A stretch of DNA of 64,000 bases from Camelus dromedarius (GCF_036321535.1 NC_087436.1:96846001-96910000); one strand, 5' to 3'; shown: positions 26,686-40,079, counted from the stretch's first letter. Numbers and translations: made by a program. The notes: generated from the sequence alone by a model not told the origin.

Positions 26686-27945
26686 AACAATTTAAAATAA
26701 TAAAGAAGACATAACTTTTTGGTGTCACAGATTTATTGGTTTTTGTTAAGTATGGATCTCAAATAATATTTATACTTTAATGATACAGTTATTATTCTGT
26801 TATATTTTATTGAGTCAGAATTTTAAAAATAACATTTAGCTGATCTTTACTTGATACCCAGTATTTAATTAGTATTGAATGCAAGTGCCTTTTTGTAACA
26901 TTTGTAGAAAATCATCCCTGACTTTAAGTGTACCCCTTGAGTTATAGGCAGTAGCCTCCAAATTAGTTAAACTCAAAGATGTATGTAGTCCATTTTCATA
27001 TTTTATTTGATTCAAATGTTATCATACTTATTAAATACTTAATAATTATTAAAGGGAACTGAAAGCAATAATAAGGTAGTGGGATATTTAAGTTCAAATT
27101 TCCTCTTGTGTGACTTGATGTAGGTTTTTGTTACAAACCAGTAGGACATAATTTTAATCAAATTTAATTTATATGCTTTCTCTACATGAGCCATGGAGAA
27201 AAAACTAATTTTAGGTAACTTTTATTGTAAAGCAAAAAACACTGCAACTTACAAAAATGAGTAGTTCACAGTCACTTGAATGAACAAACACAACAAATTT
27301 GTCAGATATATCCCAATAAAATTTAAGAACATAAGTTTATGGACAGTGAATTAGAGGAGTTACATAGTTATTAAATATGTGTATAAGATGGATATTAAGG
27401 AACTTTTCAAACTTTCTTTTAATTAACTGAAAAACCACAGGGAGATGAGGAATCTCCATTAAACATAAATTCAATAATCAAGTTGAAAATAATGTATTGA
27501 CACAAAATCATCAATTACTTCCATTTACTAAGATTCTGACTCCAGTTAATGCCATCTTTCATACTGTTTTTATACTATATATTATGAATGTCTTTTTGCT
27601 TGTTTTTACTTATCAGATGACTTTAAAAGGGCAAAATGATAGTGCCAGACACAGAGTATATGATCATATTTGTTATGAATCTGTATGAATGACATACATC
27701 TTTTGGAGGATGCTTCATACACTTAGTAGAATAAAAGATATACCATGTTATATTTCTAATAGTTTCATTTATATCCTTATCTTTCCCCCAGATTGTGGCA
27801 AAATTGTGGAAGGAACTTTGTCTTATGATTCATTTTTATTTCTGCTCAGTGTTAGGTGATACTATAGAAGACACTGAATTGAAACTGGTTGATAGAATGT
27901 TTGATTGGAATCAAGTTGACTTTAAAGAATTGTTAGGAGAGATTG

Positions 27946-27984
27946 TGTTCCTCTGACTGGGCTTAATTATGTTCCTCTGACTGG
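27946..27984. repeat. Local duplication of tgttcctctgactgg (24-bp period)
   Basis: Two perfect 15-mers at 27946 and 27970. Confidence 0.85.
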
Positions 27985-28444
27985 ATAATTTAAAGGAGAA
28001 AATCAAGTTCCTATTACTGATGTTTCTACAGAACAGTTTTCTTCATTTCTCTTCATGAAGAGTAAATTAAAAATAGGAGTGGTGATCTGTCATCTGAGTA
28101 ATTCATTATCTCAAGGAACTTAATATATCTGTTTAAAATCCCTTTATTGATAAGAAGATAGCTCTTGTCTGTGTATTTGTTAAAATAATAATATCCCAAT
28201 ATTCTATCTCTAAAATATTTTTTGTGTCAGAGAGGGGCCAAGGTTAAGCATTATTCTCTTTATAGAGACATTCCAACTTTAGAAACATATCCAGGGGACA
28301 GACATAAAATAGCTTACTCTGATCAACTCATATCCAGATAATTTTCTTTAGCACTGGGCACCAAAATATCAAAATGTGGACAATTAGCAACATGGAAGAC
28401 ACTGAGAATAGAGTGATCAGGAAGGGAATGGGCCCACATCATGT

Positions 28445-28513
28445 TGAAGATGTTAGTCTGGAGAAGTTTTAAGTAAGAAATGAAGATGTTAGTCTGGAGT
28501 TTTCAGTAAGAAA
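28445..28513. repeat. Tandem duplication, ~36-bp unit
   Basis: 'tgaagatgttagtctggag...agtaagaaa' occurs twice. Confidence 0.9.
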
Positions 28514-29084
28514 CAAAAACTACTTTCTCATATCTCAGGTACTATCATTAGAAATTGAAATTATACTTAGTATGTGTGCCTCCAGAAGTCATAACTAAGG
28601 TTAGAAGATAGAAGTTTCTAAAAAACAGCATTCACTCTAATACACGGAATAACTTTTAGGTTATTAGCAATGTCCTAAAGTATAATTTGGGAAACTACCT
28701 GTTGGGACTGAACTTTAGTGAACGTATTAGACTAGATAAGATCTATGGTACCTTCTAACTCTTTGATTCTGTAACTTCATAATCTATAAGGTGGTCTCCA
28801 CCACTTATCTACACAAGTATAGGAAACCTATCTAATCTAATCTAATCTACACATCTATATATCGATATAATTATCTCCATTTATTTTTTAAAATTGTCAT
28901 TGTAGAAGGTCCTGGTAGGAGTGAAAATAAATATATGTGATCAACCTGCCATACTTACAAGACATTTCCTACTAATTCTGCCTACAAAATTGTAATTTGT
29001 CCTAATTGGTCATAATATATCTAATTTCCCCATTATACAAACATTCTGCTCCAAACATGCAAATGCATAGCTCTTTATCTTTTG

Positions 29085-30480
29085 GATCACTTATGCATTC
29101 TTCTGTATCACCTAGTAAGCTATTAATTCCTTCTAGTATGTTTTTCATTTCATTTATTATATTCCTTGGTTCTGACCAATTCTTTTTTGTATTTTCTAGT
29201 TCCTTCTTAACATTCTTACTGTGCTCATTTATTCATTTCCCTAATTCAGTTAGCATTCTTATTACTAATGTTTTAAACTCTTTATGTGGTAAATCATTTA
29301 TGTCTATTTCATTAGATTTTTTTTTTCTGGAGTTTTCTCTTTTTCTTTCAACTAAAACAAATTCCTCCATGTTCTCACTTTGTTTGTTCTCTGTCTCTAT
29401 GAAAGTAGGTGAAAGAGTTACTTACTGCAGGCTTGATGGGGTATCCTCATATGGGAATGTCCCTGAATAGTCTCCACGTGCCCAGTGGCTTTGGTGGGAG
29501 AGCTGGATCTGATGTGAACACAAGTTACATCTTCCACCAGGGTGTGCTGGCTAGAGCCAGAGCCACGTGTGACCTAGGGCTTCTCTTCTGCTCAGTGGTC
29601 AACACTACCCTATTGGGTGTGAGGTTGGGTCCCAGATTGCTGAGGCAGAAGCCCTGAGAGTCAGGTCTGAGCATTTCCTCTAAGTGCGTGCTCTCCCACC
29701 CTCACAGCACCAGCAGCAGCAACCTCCACAATAGGGGAGCAGTACTGGAACAAGAGTGGCTGGGACAGGGGCTCAGTATTGGTCAGGGTGAGAGCTGTGA
29801 TGGTCCTGGCCCTGGAATTCAGGACTGTTCCGGATATAGCCTCTATAAGTACCAGTATTGTCTGCCTCACTTCCTTTAAATGCCATTCTGGGTCAGAGCT
29901 GGCTTCTTCCCTCATAACCAAGCACCCTCCTCAGCTGCGGCAGTCCTTGCCCTAGTATGGAGCTGCGTCTGCTTTGAGGAGTAAGCAGGGCCAGACAGAG
30001 CACTTGGCTCAGGCTGGGGCATGTGCCTGAATGTTCTCAGGAAACTGGCCAGAATCCGTACAGATTCAGTTTGCTTCTTTCACCTTGTTTGGGGAGAAAG
30101 CAAGTATGTGCGTGCTCTTCATCGGCTGAGTCTAGGTTTCTTACAGCCCTCCTACTAGTCCTACTGGTTTTCAAACTAGCTGAGGGGATTCATCTTCCTG
30201 GTGTTGGACCTCAGGGCTGGGGTCCCCAATATTGGCTTGATCCATTCACTCCCTGGGGAGGATCTCCATCCTTGTAATCCCCCTCCTCTTCTGAGTCCCT
30301 TCCCAAGGGCACAGGTCCTGAACTGACAGCTTTGCTTTCCTTCCTACCCAATTCCTGTGGATCTTTCTTATGGCATTAGTTTTCAGTGAGAATTGCTCCA
30401 TGTGTAAATGTATTTCTGATGTGTTCATGGTGGGAGGTGAGCTCTGAGTCCTTCCACTCCACCATCTTGATCTTTTCTCC
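29085..30480 (-). mobile_element. L1 5' UTR and ORF1 N-terminal fragment
   Basis: The minus strand begins 'ggagaaaagatcaagatggtggagtggaaggactcagagctcacctcc'. A GC-rich UTR follows, then ORF1-like antisense 'ttcagttagcattcttattactaatgttttaaactct'. Confidence 0.8.
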
Positions 30481-31235
30481 AATGTTTTTGTTTTCCTCAG
30501 ATAAATATCCAGGAGTGGAATTGCTGGATCATATGGTAGTTCTACTTTTTAACTTTCTGAAGAACCTCTGAATTGTTTTCTATAGCAGCTGCACCAATTT
30601 ACATTCCCATCAACACTGCATAAGAGTTTCCTTTTCTCCATATCCTCTCTAAAAAGTTACTTTTTTGTCTTTTTGATAATAGCTATTCTAACAGGTGTGA
30701 GGTGATCTCTTGTAATTTGCATTTCCCTGATGGTTAATACTGTTGAGCATCTTTTCATGTGTCTGTTGGTCATCTCTCTGTCTTCTTTGGACAAATGTCT
30801 ATTTAGATCTTCTGCTCATTTTTAATTGTTGGGATTGTTTACTTTTTTTTTTTTTTTTGCTATTGACTTGAATGAGTTCTTTCTATGTATTAAATATTAA
30901 CCCCTTATCAGATACATGAATAGCCAGTATTTTCTCCAATTCAGGAGGTTACCTTTTATTTTGTTGATGGTTTCCTTTGCTGTGCAGAAGTTTTTTAGTT
31001 TACTGTAGTCCCACTTGTTTATTTTTGCTTTTCTTGCCTTTGCTTTTGGTGTCAAATCCATAAAATCATCACCAAGACCAATGTCAAGGAACCTAAAGCC
31101 TGTTTTTTTTCCCTAGGAGTTTTATGGTTTCAGGTGTTACATTTCAGGCTTTAATCCATTTTGAGATAATTTTTGTGTCTGGTATAAGATAGCGTTCCAT
31201 TTTCTTTTTTCTTTTTTTTTTTTGCATGTGGCTAT
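30481..31235 (-). mobile_element. L1 ORF2 C-terminal fragment
   Basis: 'ggagtggaattgctggatcatatggtagttcta', 'tttgctgtgcagaagttttttagttt'. Confidence 0.85.
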
Positions 31236-33064
31236 TCTTGGTCACTTTATATAACATACTTTGTATCTTAGAATTATATGATCTTATTTCCAAATTCTTC
31301 AGTTAGGAACTTATTTTTAGCAAAACTCTGCTCAGAGTCAAGATTCAGTGTTTGATTGTTGAATTAGATTTAAACGGCAAAATTCCACATTAAAATCAAT
31401 TTTTTGGAGTCAGAATTTGCATTTTGTCAAATAGATTATTACTAACCCATGTTCTTTATAATGAACTGCTTGATTTAGAAGGATTTTTACTTAAACTACA
31501 TTAGTAAATAAAAATGATTATTCTCTCCATAGGGTATTTGCATAAATTACCCTCCTCTCCCCAGTAAGGACTCAATATCTATTAAACTAAAAATAATATC
31601 ACTGTATACCTTATATGAATCCACACCAAGCAGTATGGATTCAAGTAAGTTAAAAAATAACATGAAGATAAATTCCTTTCTAGGATTTATCGGGCTAAAT
31701 CTAAATTAGTTCCACTTTAGGTTTGCAAGGATTATTGGAGATTGTTTCTACTGAAAAAGCCAAAAGAGAACTGGAGAGAAAGGAGTATTTTGAAAACAGG
31801 TAAAGGCATCAAAGGAAATGTTATGAAGAATGTTTCTCTCTAATTTATATGTAAATATATTAATAAAGCAGAGATTAAAATAAAATTAAGAAAACTGAAG
31901 TATTTAGTTTTAAGAAGTGACAAGTAAAATAATAGTCATGATTCTCAGCTTGAAGAGTGTATCACATTTCTCTGCAATCTCTTGGCCAGCTTGATATGCT
32001 ACCTCATTTTGAATTATTGAAGTGTGTGTAGTAACATTTCTCAAGAGGTTTGTTTGACTTTTTTAGTATGTTGAGGCTTGACATTTGGAGGAAACTGAGT
32101 ATTGACATGTTTGCAGTTGGATCAGAACTTGGGAGTGCTGTTCCCTCATATTGTTTTTAAATTTATAATATTTGAATTTCCTTAGGGATGGAAAAGACAC
32201 CTGTTGAAGGGAAACTAGAAGTAAGACCCCACTCCTTCCTAGTCAAAACCCAGACTATTTCAGTTACAAAAATTCCAACATGTCCCATTAATCAGTGTGG
32301 CTCAAATCCATATTGTGAGGAAAAATCGACTGTGGTTTTTTGAGAAAAAATTCTCCAGAAAAAGTCCATGGTATGAGTACTTCTAGCATATTTCACTATC
32401 TTTTCCTCCTCCTGGGAATCAAACAAAATAATAAGAGAAACAAAAAGTTAATAAACAAACTAAATTTTGCTAATTTTACTTTCAAAAGTCAAAATCAGCT
32501 GAGAGTGGCCAAGTGGGAAGAAGAATGGAGAATGTCAAGGGATTCTAGGGTCAGCAGATCTTAGAGATGAGCCCAGGGTTCATTCCCTGGTTAGGAAAGG
32601 TTTACTCTGAAAGCTATAGCAATATCCTGAATTTACAACAGCCATAGCAAGAGCTGAGGTGAGCAAGAATGAGCTGGAGAAGAAGCAGAGTGTAGGGGAG
32701 GAGAAGTGGAGGTGCAAAAGATATGGAGAGAGACTAGTATCAGTAGACAGCCCTAAATACCACAAGACATACATAAATGTCTGGAAGCTCAAAAATTTAC
32801 CTTGAGGATCATGGTATGTCCCATTATGGAGGTTCTTGAGACACTGAGGGATAACAGTGTTGGAGGCAGAAACTATCCTGTATGCTGTTAGAATCAGAGA
32901 ATAGAGGAGGTGGGCTGAATACTGTCTCTGTGGCAGCAAGGAAAACAGGGGCCCCTTTTTTAGAAAACCTTAAAGTTTAATCAGGGCTTTGGTCCCACTA
33001 CTGATGCAGAGTGATGCCCTGTAAAGAGGTTCAGGAAAATCTAAGTTATTCAGAAGTAAGTAGC

Positions 33065-33128
33065 AAAAAAAGAAAAAGAAAAAGAAAAAGAAAAAGAAAA
33101 AGAAAAAGAAAAAGAAAAAGAAAAAGAA
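33065..33128. repeat. (GAAAAA)n hexanucleotide repeat
   Basis: About 10 perfect units; explains the KRKRKR ORF. Confidence 0.95.
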
Positions 33129-33377
33129 CTGGTACTTCATCTATACAAAGTACAACAAAAAGAAAATCTTTGAAAAAGAAGCAAAATGTATTAAGTAGAC
33201 TTTAAAATCCCCACTTATTAGAAATTGTGTTGCTCAAAATAGGAAAAAATACGATCCAACATTTGTACACAAATTGAATAAAATAATAAAACAATTAATT
33301 CTAAATGAATGCAAAGCACAAATTCAGAAACTTAAAAAAATAAGCAATGAGACAATGAAAGGAGATGTAGTGTAAAG

Positions 33378-33426
33378 ATACATATATACATACATACATG
33401 CATACATATATATACATATATATATA
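33378..33426. repeat. Compound (TA)/(TACA) microsatellite at an L1 tail
   Basis: 'atacatatatacatacatacatgcatacatatatatacatatatatata'. Confidence 0.85.
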
Positions 33427-33427
33427 A

Positions 33428-34149
33428 AACTGAGGTGTAATTGACTTACAATATTATATTAGTTTCAGGTGTACAGAATAGTGATCAGTATATTTATAGA
33501 TTACACTCCATTAAAGGTTATTATAAGATAATGGCTATAATTCCTGTGCTATGCAATATATTCTTGTTTCTTATCTATTTTATACATAGTAGTTTGTATC
33601 TCTTAATCCCATACCTCTAACTTGCTCCTACCCCTTCTCTTTTCTCACTGGTAACCACTCGTTTGTTTTCTATATCTGTAAGTCACTTTCTGTTGTGCAT
33701 ATACATTTGTTTGTATTACTTTTTAGAGTCTATATATAGGTGGTATGATACATTGTTTGTCTTTCTCTGTCTAACTTATTTCACTAAGCATAATATTCCC
33801 TAAGTCTATCTACATTGCCGCAAGTGGCAGAAGTTCATTCTTTTTTATGGCTAAGTAATATCCCATTGTGGAGTGTCTGTGTGTGTATGTGTATCACTTC
33901 TTCTTTATCCATTTATCTGTTGATGGACACTTGGGTTCTTTACATGTCTTGGCTCTTATAAATAGTGAACTCTGAACATTGAGGTACATACATGTTTTTG
34001 AACTAGTGTTTTCATTTTCTTTGGATACATACCCAGGAGCAAAGTTGCTGGATCATATGTTAGTTCTAATTTTGTATTTTTGAGGAAACTTCATACTTTT
34101 TTTTCATAGTGAGTATACCAATTTACATGCCTACAAACAGTATACAAGG
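33428..34149 (-). mobile_element. L1 3' UTR and extreme ORF2 end
   Basis: 'tgaggtgtaattgacttacaatattatattagtttcaggtgtacag...gctggatcatatgttagttcta'. Confidence 0.85.
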
Positions 34150-35440
34150 ACCAAACAAAATCCAAAACAAAGCCCATAGTCAGCAGAAGAAAAGAAATAA
34201 TAAAGATCAGAGAGGATCCTAAATAAAGCAGAGATTAAAAAAAAATAGAAAAGATCAATGGAACCAAGAGCTGTTTTTTTTCTTTAAAGATAAACAAAAT
34301 TGATAAACCTTTACCCAGGCTCATCAAGAAAAAAGAGAGAGGACACAAAATAAGAAGTGATAGAAGAGAAATAACAACCGACAACCACAGAGAGACAAAA
34401 AAATCATACTAGAACACTCAAAACAGTTATATGCCAACAAATTGGACAACCTAGGAGAAACAGACAAATTTTTAGAAATATATAACCTGCCAAGACTGAA
34501 TGAAGAAAAAACAGATAATTTGAACAGATCAATCACTAGTAGTGAAATTGAATTTATAATGCAATTCCCAGTGAAGAAAATTCCAGGACTGGATGGTTTC
34601 ACAGGGGAATTCAACCAAATACATGAGGAAGAACTAATACCTAACTTTTTTAGACTACTCCAAAAAATTGAAGTGGATGAAACACTCCCAAGTTCATTCT
34701 GCAAGGCCACCATTTTCCTGAAACTCAAACCAGACTCTACAAAAAAGAAAATTACATACCAATATCACTGGTAAATATAGATATGAAAATCCTCAACAAA
34801 ATATTAGTAAATATATCCAGCAATATGTAAGAAGAATAATACATCACAATCCATTTGGATTTATTCTAGGGACACAAGGATGCTTCAACATTCAAAATTA
34901 ATCAATGTGATATACCACATTAACAAAAGGAGGATAAAAATCACATGATCATCTCAATAGATACAGAAAAACCATTTGACAGTGTTCAACATTCATTCAT
35001 GGTAATTATGAATAATCTCATCAAAGTGGGTATAGAAAGAACATACCTCAACATAGTAAAGGCCATTTACAACAAACCACAGCCAACATCATACTCAATG
35101 GCAAAAAGCTGAAAGCCTTTCCTCTAAATTCAAGAAGACAAGGATGCCCACTCTCACCACTTCTATTTAACATAACATTGGAAGTCCTAGCCTCAGCAAT
35201 CAGATGAGAAAAAGAAGTAGAAGGCATCCAAATTGGAAGAGGAGAGGTAAAAATGTCACTATTTGCAGATGACATGATACCCAAAAGTAATTAGAACAAA
35301 TAAATGATTTCAGTAAAGTTGCAGGATACAAAATAAATATAATAAATCTTTTTCTACACATGAATAATGAACTAGGAGAAAGAAAGTTTAAAAAAATCCT
35401 GTTTAAAATTCCATCAAAAAGAATAAAATAACTTGGAATA
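34150..35440 (+). mobile_element. L1 ORF2 segment, probably the inverted 5' part of the preceding element
   Basis: ORF 34442..34774 DNLGETDKFLEIYNLPRLNEEK...[14 protein letters not shown] motif 'tttgcagatgac' at ~35262. Confidence 0.85.
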
Positions 35441-38132
35441 GCTATATCAATTTCAAACAAAACAGACTTCTAAACAAGGAAGATTACTGAGGATAAAGAC
35501 AGTCAGTATATAATGATAAAGAGGTTAATTTTCCAGGATGATATAAGAATCATATATGCATCTAACAATAGAACATCAAAACAGGTGAGGCAAAAGCTGA
35601 TGGAGAAATAGGCAAATCTACTATTACAGCTTAAAAGTTCAACATGCCTCTTTCTGTCATTGATAAATGAAGCAGGCAGCAAATTACTAAGGATACAGTT
35701 GACATAAACATCACTATCAGTCAGCTTGATCTGTAGACATTAATAGAATAGTCCATTCAGCAACAGAAGAGTAAACATTCTTCTCAAGGTCATATGAAGC
35801 ATTTACCAATATAGACCACATTTTGGGCTATAAAACACACCTGAACAAATTAAAAAGAATACAAATCATACAAAGTATATTCTCACACCATACTGGAATT
35901 ATAAGAAATCTGTATCAGAAAAATCTCCAAGTATTTGCAGGTTAACAAGATACCTCTTAATAACACAATGTCAGAGAAGTTTTTAAATATTTTGAATTAT
36001 ATAAAAATGACTAACTTACCAATATTTGTAAATGCTTAGAGGAAAATGTATAATATTAAATGCATATATTAGAAAATAAGAAAGATCTAAATATATAATG
36101 TGAGCCTCCATCTTGGGATACTAGAGAAGAAGAGCAGTTTAAGCCTAAAACAAAGCAGAAAAAAAGAAAAATAATAAAAATCAGCGAATAAATTAAAGAA
36201 GATTTTAAATGTAGAACAACAGAGAAAAATCAACAAAACCAAAAGGTGATTTTTGAAAAATCAATAAAATTGATAAACATCTAATCAGGCTAACCAAGAA
36301 AAAAGAACGAAAACACAAATTACCAATATAAAAAATGAAAGAATAATCATCACTACTCATCCTGTGAGTATTAAAAGGATATTAAATATTAAGAGCAACT
36401 CCATGCCCACAAAATTGATAACTTAGATGAAATGGACCAATTTCTTTAAAAGACACAAACTATCCAAACTTACACCAGTAAATAGAGATTAAATCAATAA
36501 TTAATAACCTTCCAAAAAAGAAAGCACCAGGCCTAGATGGTTTCAATGGTGAATTCTACCAAATATTTAAAGGAGAATTCATAACAATTCCCTACAGTCT
36601 CACCCAGAACATGAAAGCAGAGGGAGTATTTCCTAACTCATTATATGAGGCCAGCATTACCTTAATATCAAAACTAGACAGAGATTATTACAAGAAGGGA
36701 AAATTTCAGACCAATATCTCTTACAAACATAGATGCAAAATCCCCAACAAAATATTAGCAAATCAAACCAAACAGTGTATAAACAGAATCACATACTGGT
36801 CAAATGGGATTTATTCAAGGTATGCAAAGTAGGATCAACATTAGAAAATCAATCAATGTAAACATCATATCAACAAGCTAAAAAAGAAAATTACGTGATC
36901 ATATCAATTGATGCAGAAAAATAATTTGATAAAATCCAGCACCTACTAATAAGAAAAACTCAGCAAACTAGGAATGGATGGTAACATCACTTAGGAAAGG
37001 AAAGATGCAATAAATTGTGTTGGGACAACTAGATAAACATCTATAAAAGTAATTCTGACCTATACTTTTTACCATACACCAGAATATACTCAAATATTTA
37101 AATTTTAAAAATTAAATAATGAAAAATTGGAAAATATTTTAACCTTGGATTGGAGAAGGCCTTTTCCCAATACTCAAAGCCTGCAAATTATGAAGAAAAA
37201 GATAGATAAATTTGTGTATATATGTGTGTAAGTTTTACATTGCAAAATCTAAAATAAAAACACTATTTTTACAATAAAAAGATGAAAAATAAATTGTGAA
37301 CAAGTATTTAAAATTCATATCAGAAATATTAATATGTAAAGAACTCTTGGAAATAAATAGAAAATACCAAAAAAATAAGGAATATGAATAAACAGTTAAA
37401 AGAAAGTGAAATACAAATGGTTCAGAAACATATAAAAGGTGTTCAATTTTATTCCTAAGAGACATACAAAATAAAATCACTCTAAGATATTGCTTTATAT
37501 CTGTCCAATTGGAAAAAATAAAAAAAAAATGCTTGAGAATTCACCTTGTTGATGAAGCTTAGCAAAACACTTTTGATTATGGATGGTATTAATGTAAATT
37601 TGTACAAGTTCTATGGTAGTATATTTGACAACATATAAAATTTATAAAGATATAGACTCTTCAATCCAGCAGCCATAATGCAAATAATTATTTTTTCCTG
37701 TAGATACTATTGCATATATCTGAAATGTTCAACTTATGTTCAGACTTACTGGAGAATTGAGACATTGCTTATCATATCAACAGACTGAAAACAACCTAAA
37801 TGCCTATCAGTAGGGGAGTTGGTTAAATAAAGTATAATACATCTATCCAATGGAATACTTTGCAACTGAAAAAAAAAAAAAGAATGAGAAAGCTCTCTTT
37901 AAACTAGAGATTTCCAAAATATAAGAAGTAAAACAAACTTCAGAGAAGTATGCATGATATATCTGTCATGAAAAAATGAAAATAAGACTATATATTTATA
38001 ACTTCTTCATATTTTTATAAAAATAGTCTGGAAAAATGTTCAAGAGACGTGTAACAGTAGTTATGTATCTGGGTAGATATGGAAATAAAGCATGACAGAT
38101 TTTTGGAACCACACATATTTAGTACCTAATTT
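35441..38132 (+). mobile_element. Older fragmented L1 (L1M4/L1ME-type ORF2 pieces and 3' UTR)
   Basis: Endonuclease-region motifs at 35441-35900; 'ccaggcctagatggtttcaatggtgaattctaccaa' (PGLDGFNGEFYQ); old 3'-UTR motifs at 37780-38130. Confidence 0.75.
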
Positions 38133-39372
38133 TTTTTTTCAGCAACTCAAAAATTATTTTCTTGGTTTATTTTATGTTGCAGCTACACAAGCCATCCCTT
38201 ATGCCCATCTATAAGATATCTGTGGTGCTTTTGTACAAACAACAAAGATGCTTTATCAGTTCTCAAAAGTCTGTAGCACAAACCATTCATGCTGTCAAAC
38301 CCCTTAAAACCCTTGCAGCAAATAATGAAATCCATCAGTGACAAATAGAAACATACTAATTTGTTAAATGCAAAACAAAAGCAACATTCAGACGAGACGC
38401 TTCATTTCATGTTATATCAGCACTCCAATTTGTACCAAGTTTATGGCAATCCACAGATCATGCAATGTTAAACAGGACTGTATTATAATGACTAAAACTG
38501 GAACAATAAACTCCCCTTAGCTAGAATGCTAACTGCAGCTGACACACATGCTATGATTCTAGTACATTCAAATTCTTCCAAACTACTAGAAATTCTATGA
38601 AGACACCTGTTTCTAATAAAGATAAATATACATTTACCAAAAGTTTATTTGGTATAATCCAAATAGATGGGTTTCAGGTAGATGAGAAAAGAAACTTGAG
38701 AAATAAAATTGAAGTCCTAGAGAAGACCTAAAAACTCAGTCCAACAAGACCAATTAGAGGAAAATGAAATTCTTTTTTTTTAATTTATCAAATTTATTTT
38801 TAAATTATGGATATTGTTACAGCAGAATATAAAAATTAAATGATAAAAACGTCTTCTAAGAGTACAATTTAACTTCATCTTAAAAAGTTCATCTATTTTT
38901 TTAAAAAAACTATACAGACTCAGGTAAAAAAAGCCTCTTTGACTTAAACTTATAACTTCAGAATTAAACTCTAAAAATAAATGCTATGGCTATCTAAAAG
39001 TATAATATTGACAAATTGCATACATCTTCAAATTATAATGCAATATTTGTACACAGAATAACTATATATACACTTCACTTACATTGCTGATATATAATAG
39101 TTACCCAAACTGTCTTGAGAAATGAGGCTTAATATAGATTTAAACTAAGTAGAAGATCAGTCTCAATTACAACATTCCTTTCACAACTAATAAGAGATAA
39201 TCCAAACATTTTCTTAATAAAAAAAAGCCCCATGCTTCGTGGTATGTTCTGGGAATTCCAATCTATTTTAGATGAGAGATGTAAGGAGTTCACTGCTGTG
39301 CTCACTGGTAAAGTTGAAGGAACTCTGGTCCAAAGGAGGGGATTGCCCTCCCTCTACTGGCCTCAGTGCAGC

Positions 39373-40079
39373 TCAGGTGGAGATCTGACTAAGAGTGAAT
39401 GCAGCCTGGCAGCTTGGGAGGCCTGAGTGGAGGGGAGGAAACAGCACAGCTTTAATACAAGGGCCCACTCCTGGGAAAGGGACCATCAGGACTTGGTGCG
39501 TCTGCCCCTGGATGGTTTGTAAAAGCCCCTGTGGTGTGCTGATTCTCATGACCTCTTCCAGGAACTTGAGCGATTTTAGCATCTTCGCCATCTCTTCTTG
39601 GATAGACTGTAGGGATCTCTCTCTCTTCAGTGCTCGGATGAGAAAATTGATTTCCTTCCTCAAACCAGGTTGACCATCATCAACTTTCTGTAAGTGTCAG
39701 CGAGGCTGGGTATGTTTACTGGCTTCTTCTCTAGCCTGGCATTCTTTAAAGTTGTCTCCATCTTGGCACACTCCTTTTTAGCCACACAAAGCTTGTCCAT
39801 GAGGTGGCATTTCTCCTCAATCTGTGCAGCCAATGTTTTTGCCAGCTGCTTTTCATGTCTTCCATTAACTTGAGTTCTAACAGACTGAATAAGTCTGAAG
39901 GTAAATAAGACACCTACCAATAAGCTGAGGACAGGCAGACTCAACATCGTCTCCCAGTGGAGTCTCTGGAACATGAACTGAGGAAACAGGCCATTGGGCG
40001 CCAGCAACACCAGGACCACACTTAGCTGCCTAAGGATCAGACCAAAGCCAAGCTCCACAGAGGATAATAGCCCCTCCAT
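39373..40079 (-). pseudogene. cTAGE5/MIA2 (TANGO1-family)-like single-exon coding sequence, TM + coiled coil, 1-nt frameshift at ~39664
   Basis: MEG..ELGFGLILRQL, a hydrophobic segment LSLPVLSLLVGVLFTF, then QSVRTQVNGRHEKQLAKTLAAQIEEKCHLMDK resemble the recalled cTAGE5 N-terminus (..RSVRSRLYVGRE.KL...LSGLIEEKCKLLEK). Similarity continues in the second frame (LRKEINFLIRALKRERS...MAKMLKSLKFLEE). Strong Kozak context gccATGg. Confidence 0.85.

Noticed and set aside
24737..28513. Short direct repeats considered as CRISPR-like arrays
   Set aside because: They are head-to-tail tandem duplications without unique spacers, in a mammalian genome.
29006..29470. 154-aa Phe/Ser-rich ORF resembling a membrane protein
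   Set aside because: It is the antisense reading of A-rich L1 ORF1 sequence.
33011..33205. ORF with a KRKRKR run resembling an NLS or protamine-like peptide
   Set aside because: It is entirely produced by the (GAAAAA)n microsatellite.
39655..39670. Programmed ribosomal frameshift joining the two cTAGE-like ORFs
   Set aside because: There is no X XXY YYZ slippery heptamer at the junction; a 1-nt deletion or assembly error is simpler.
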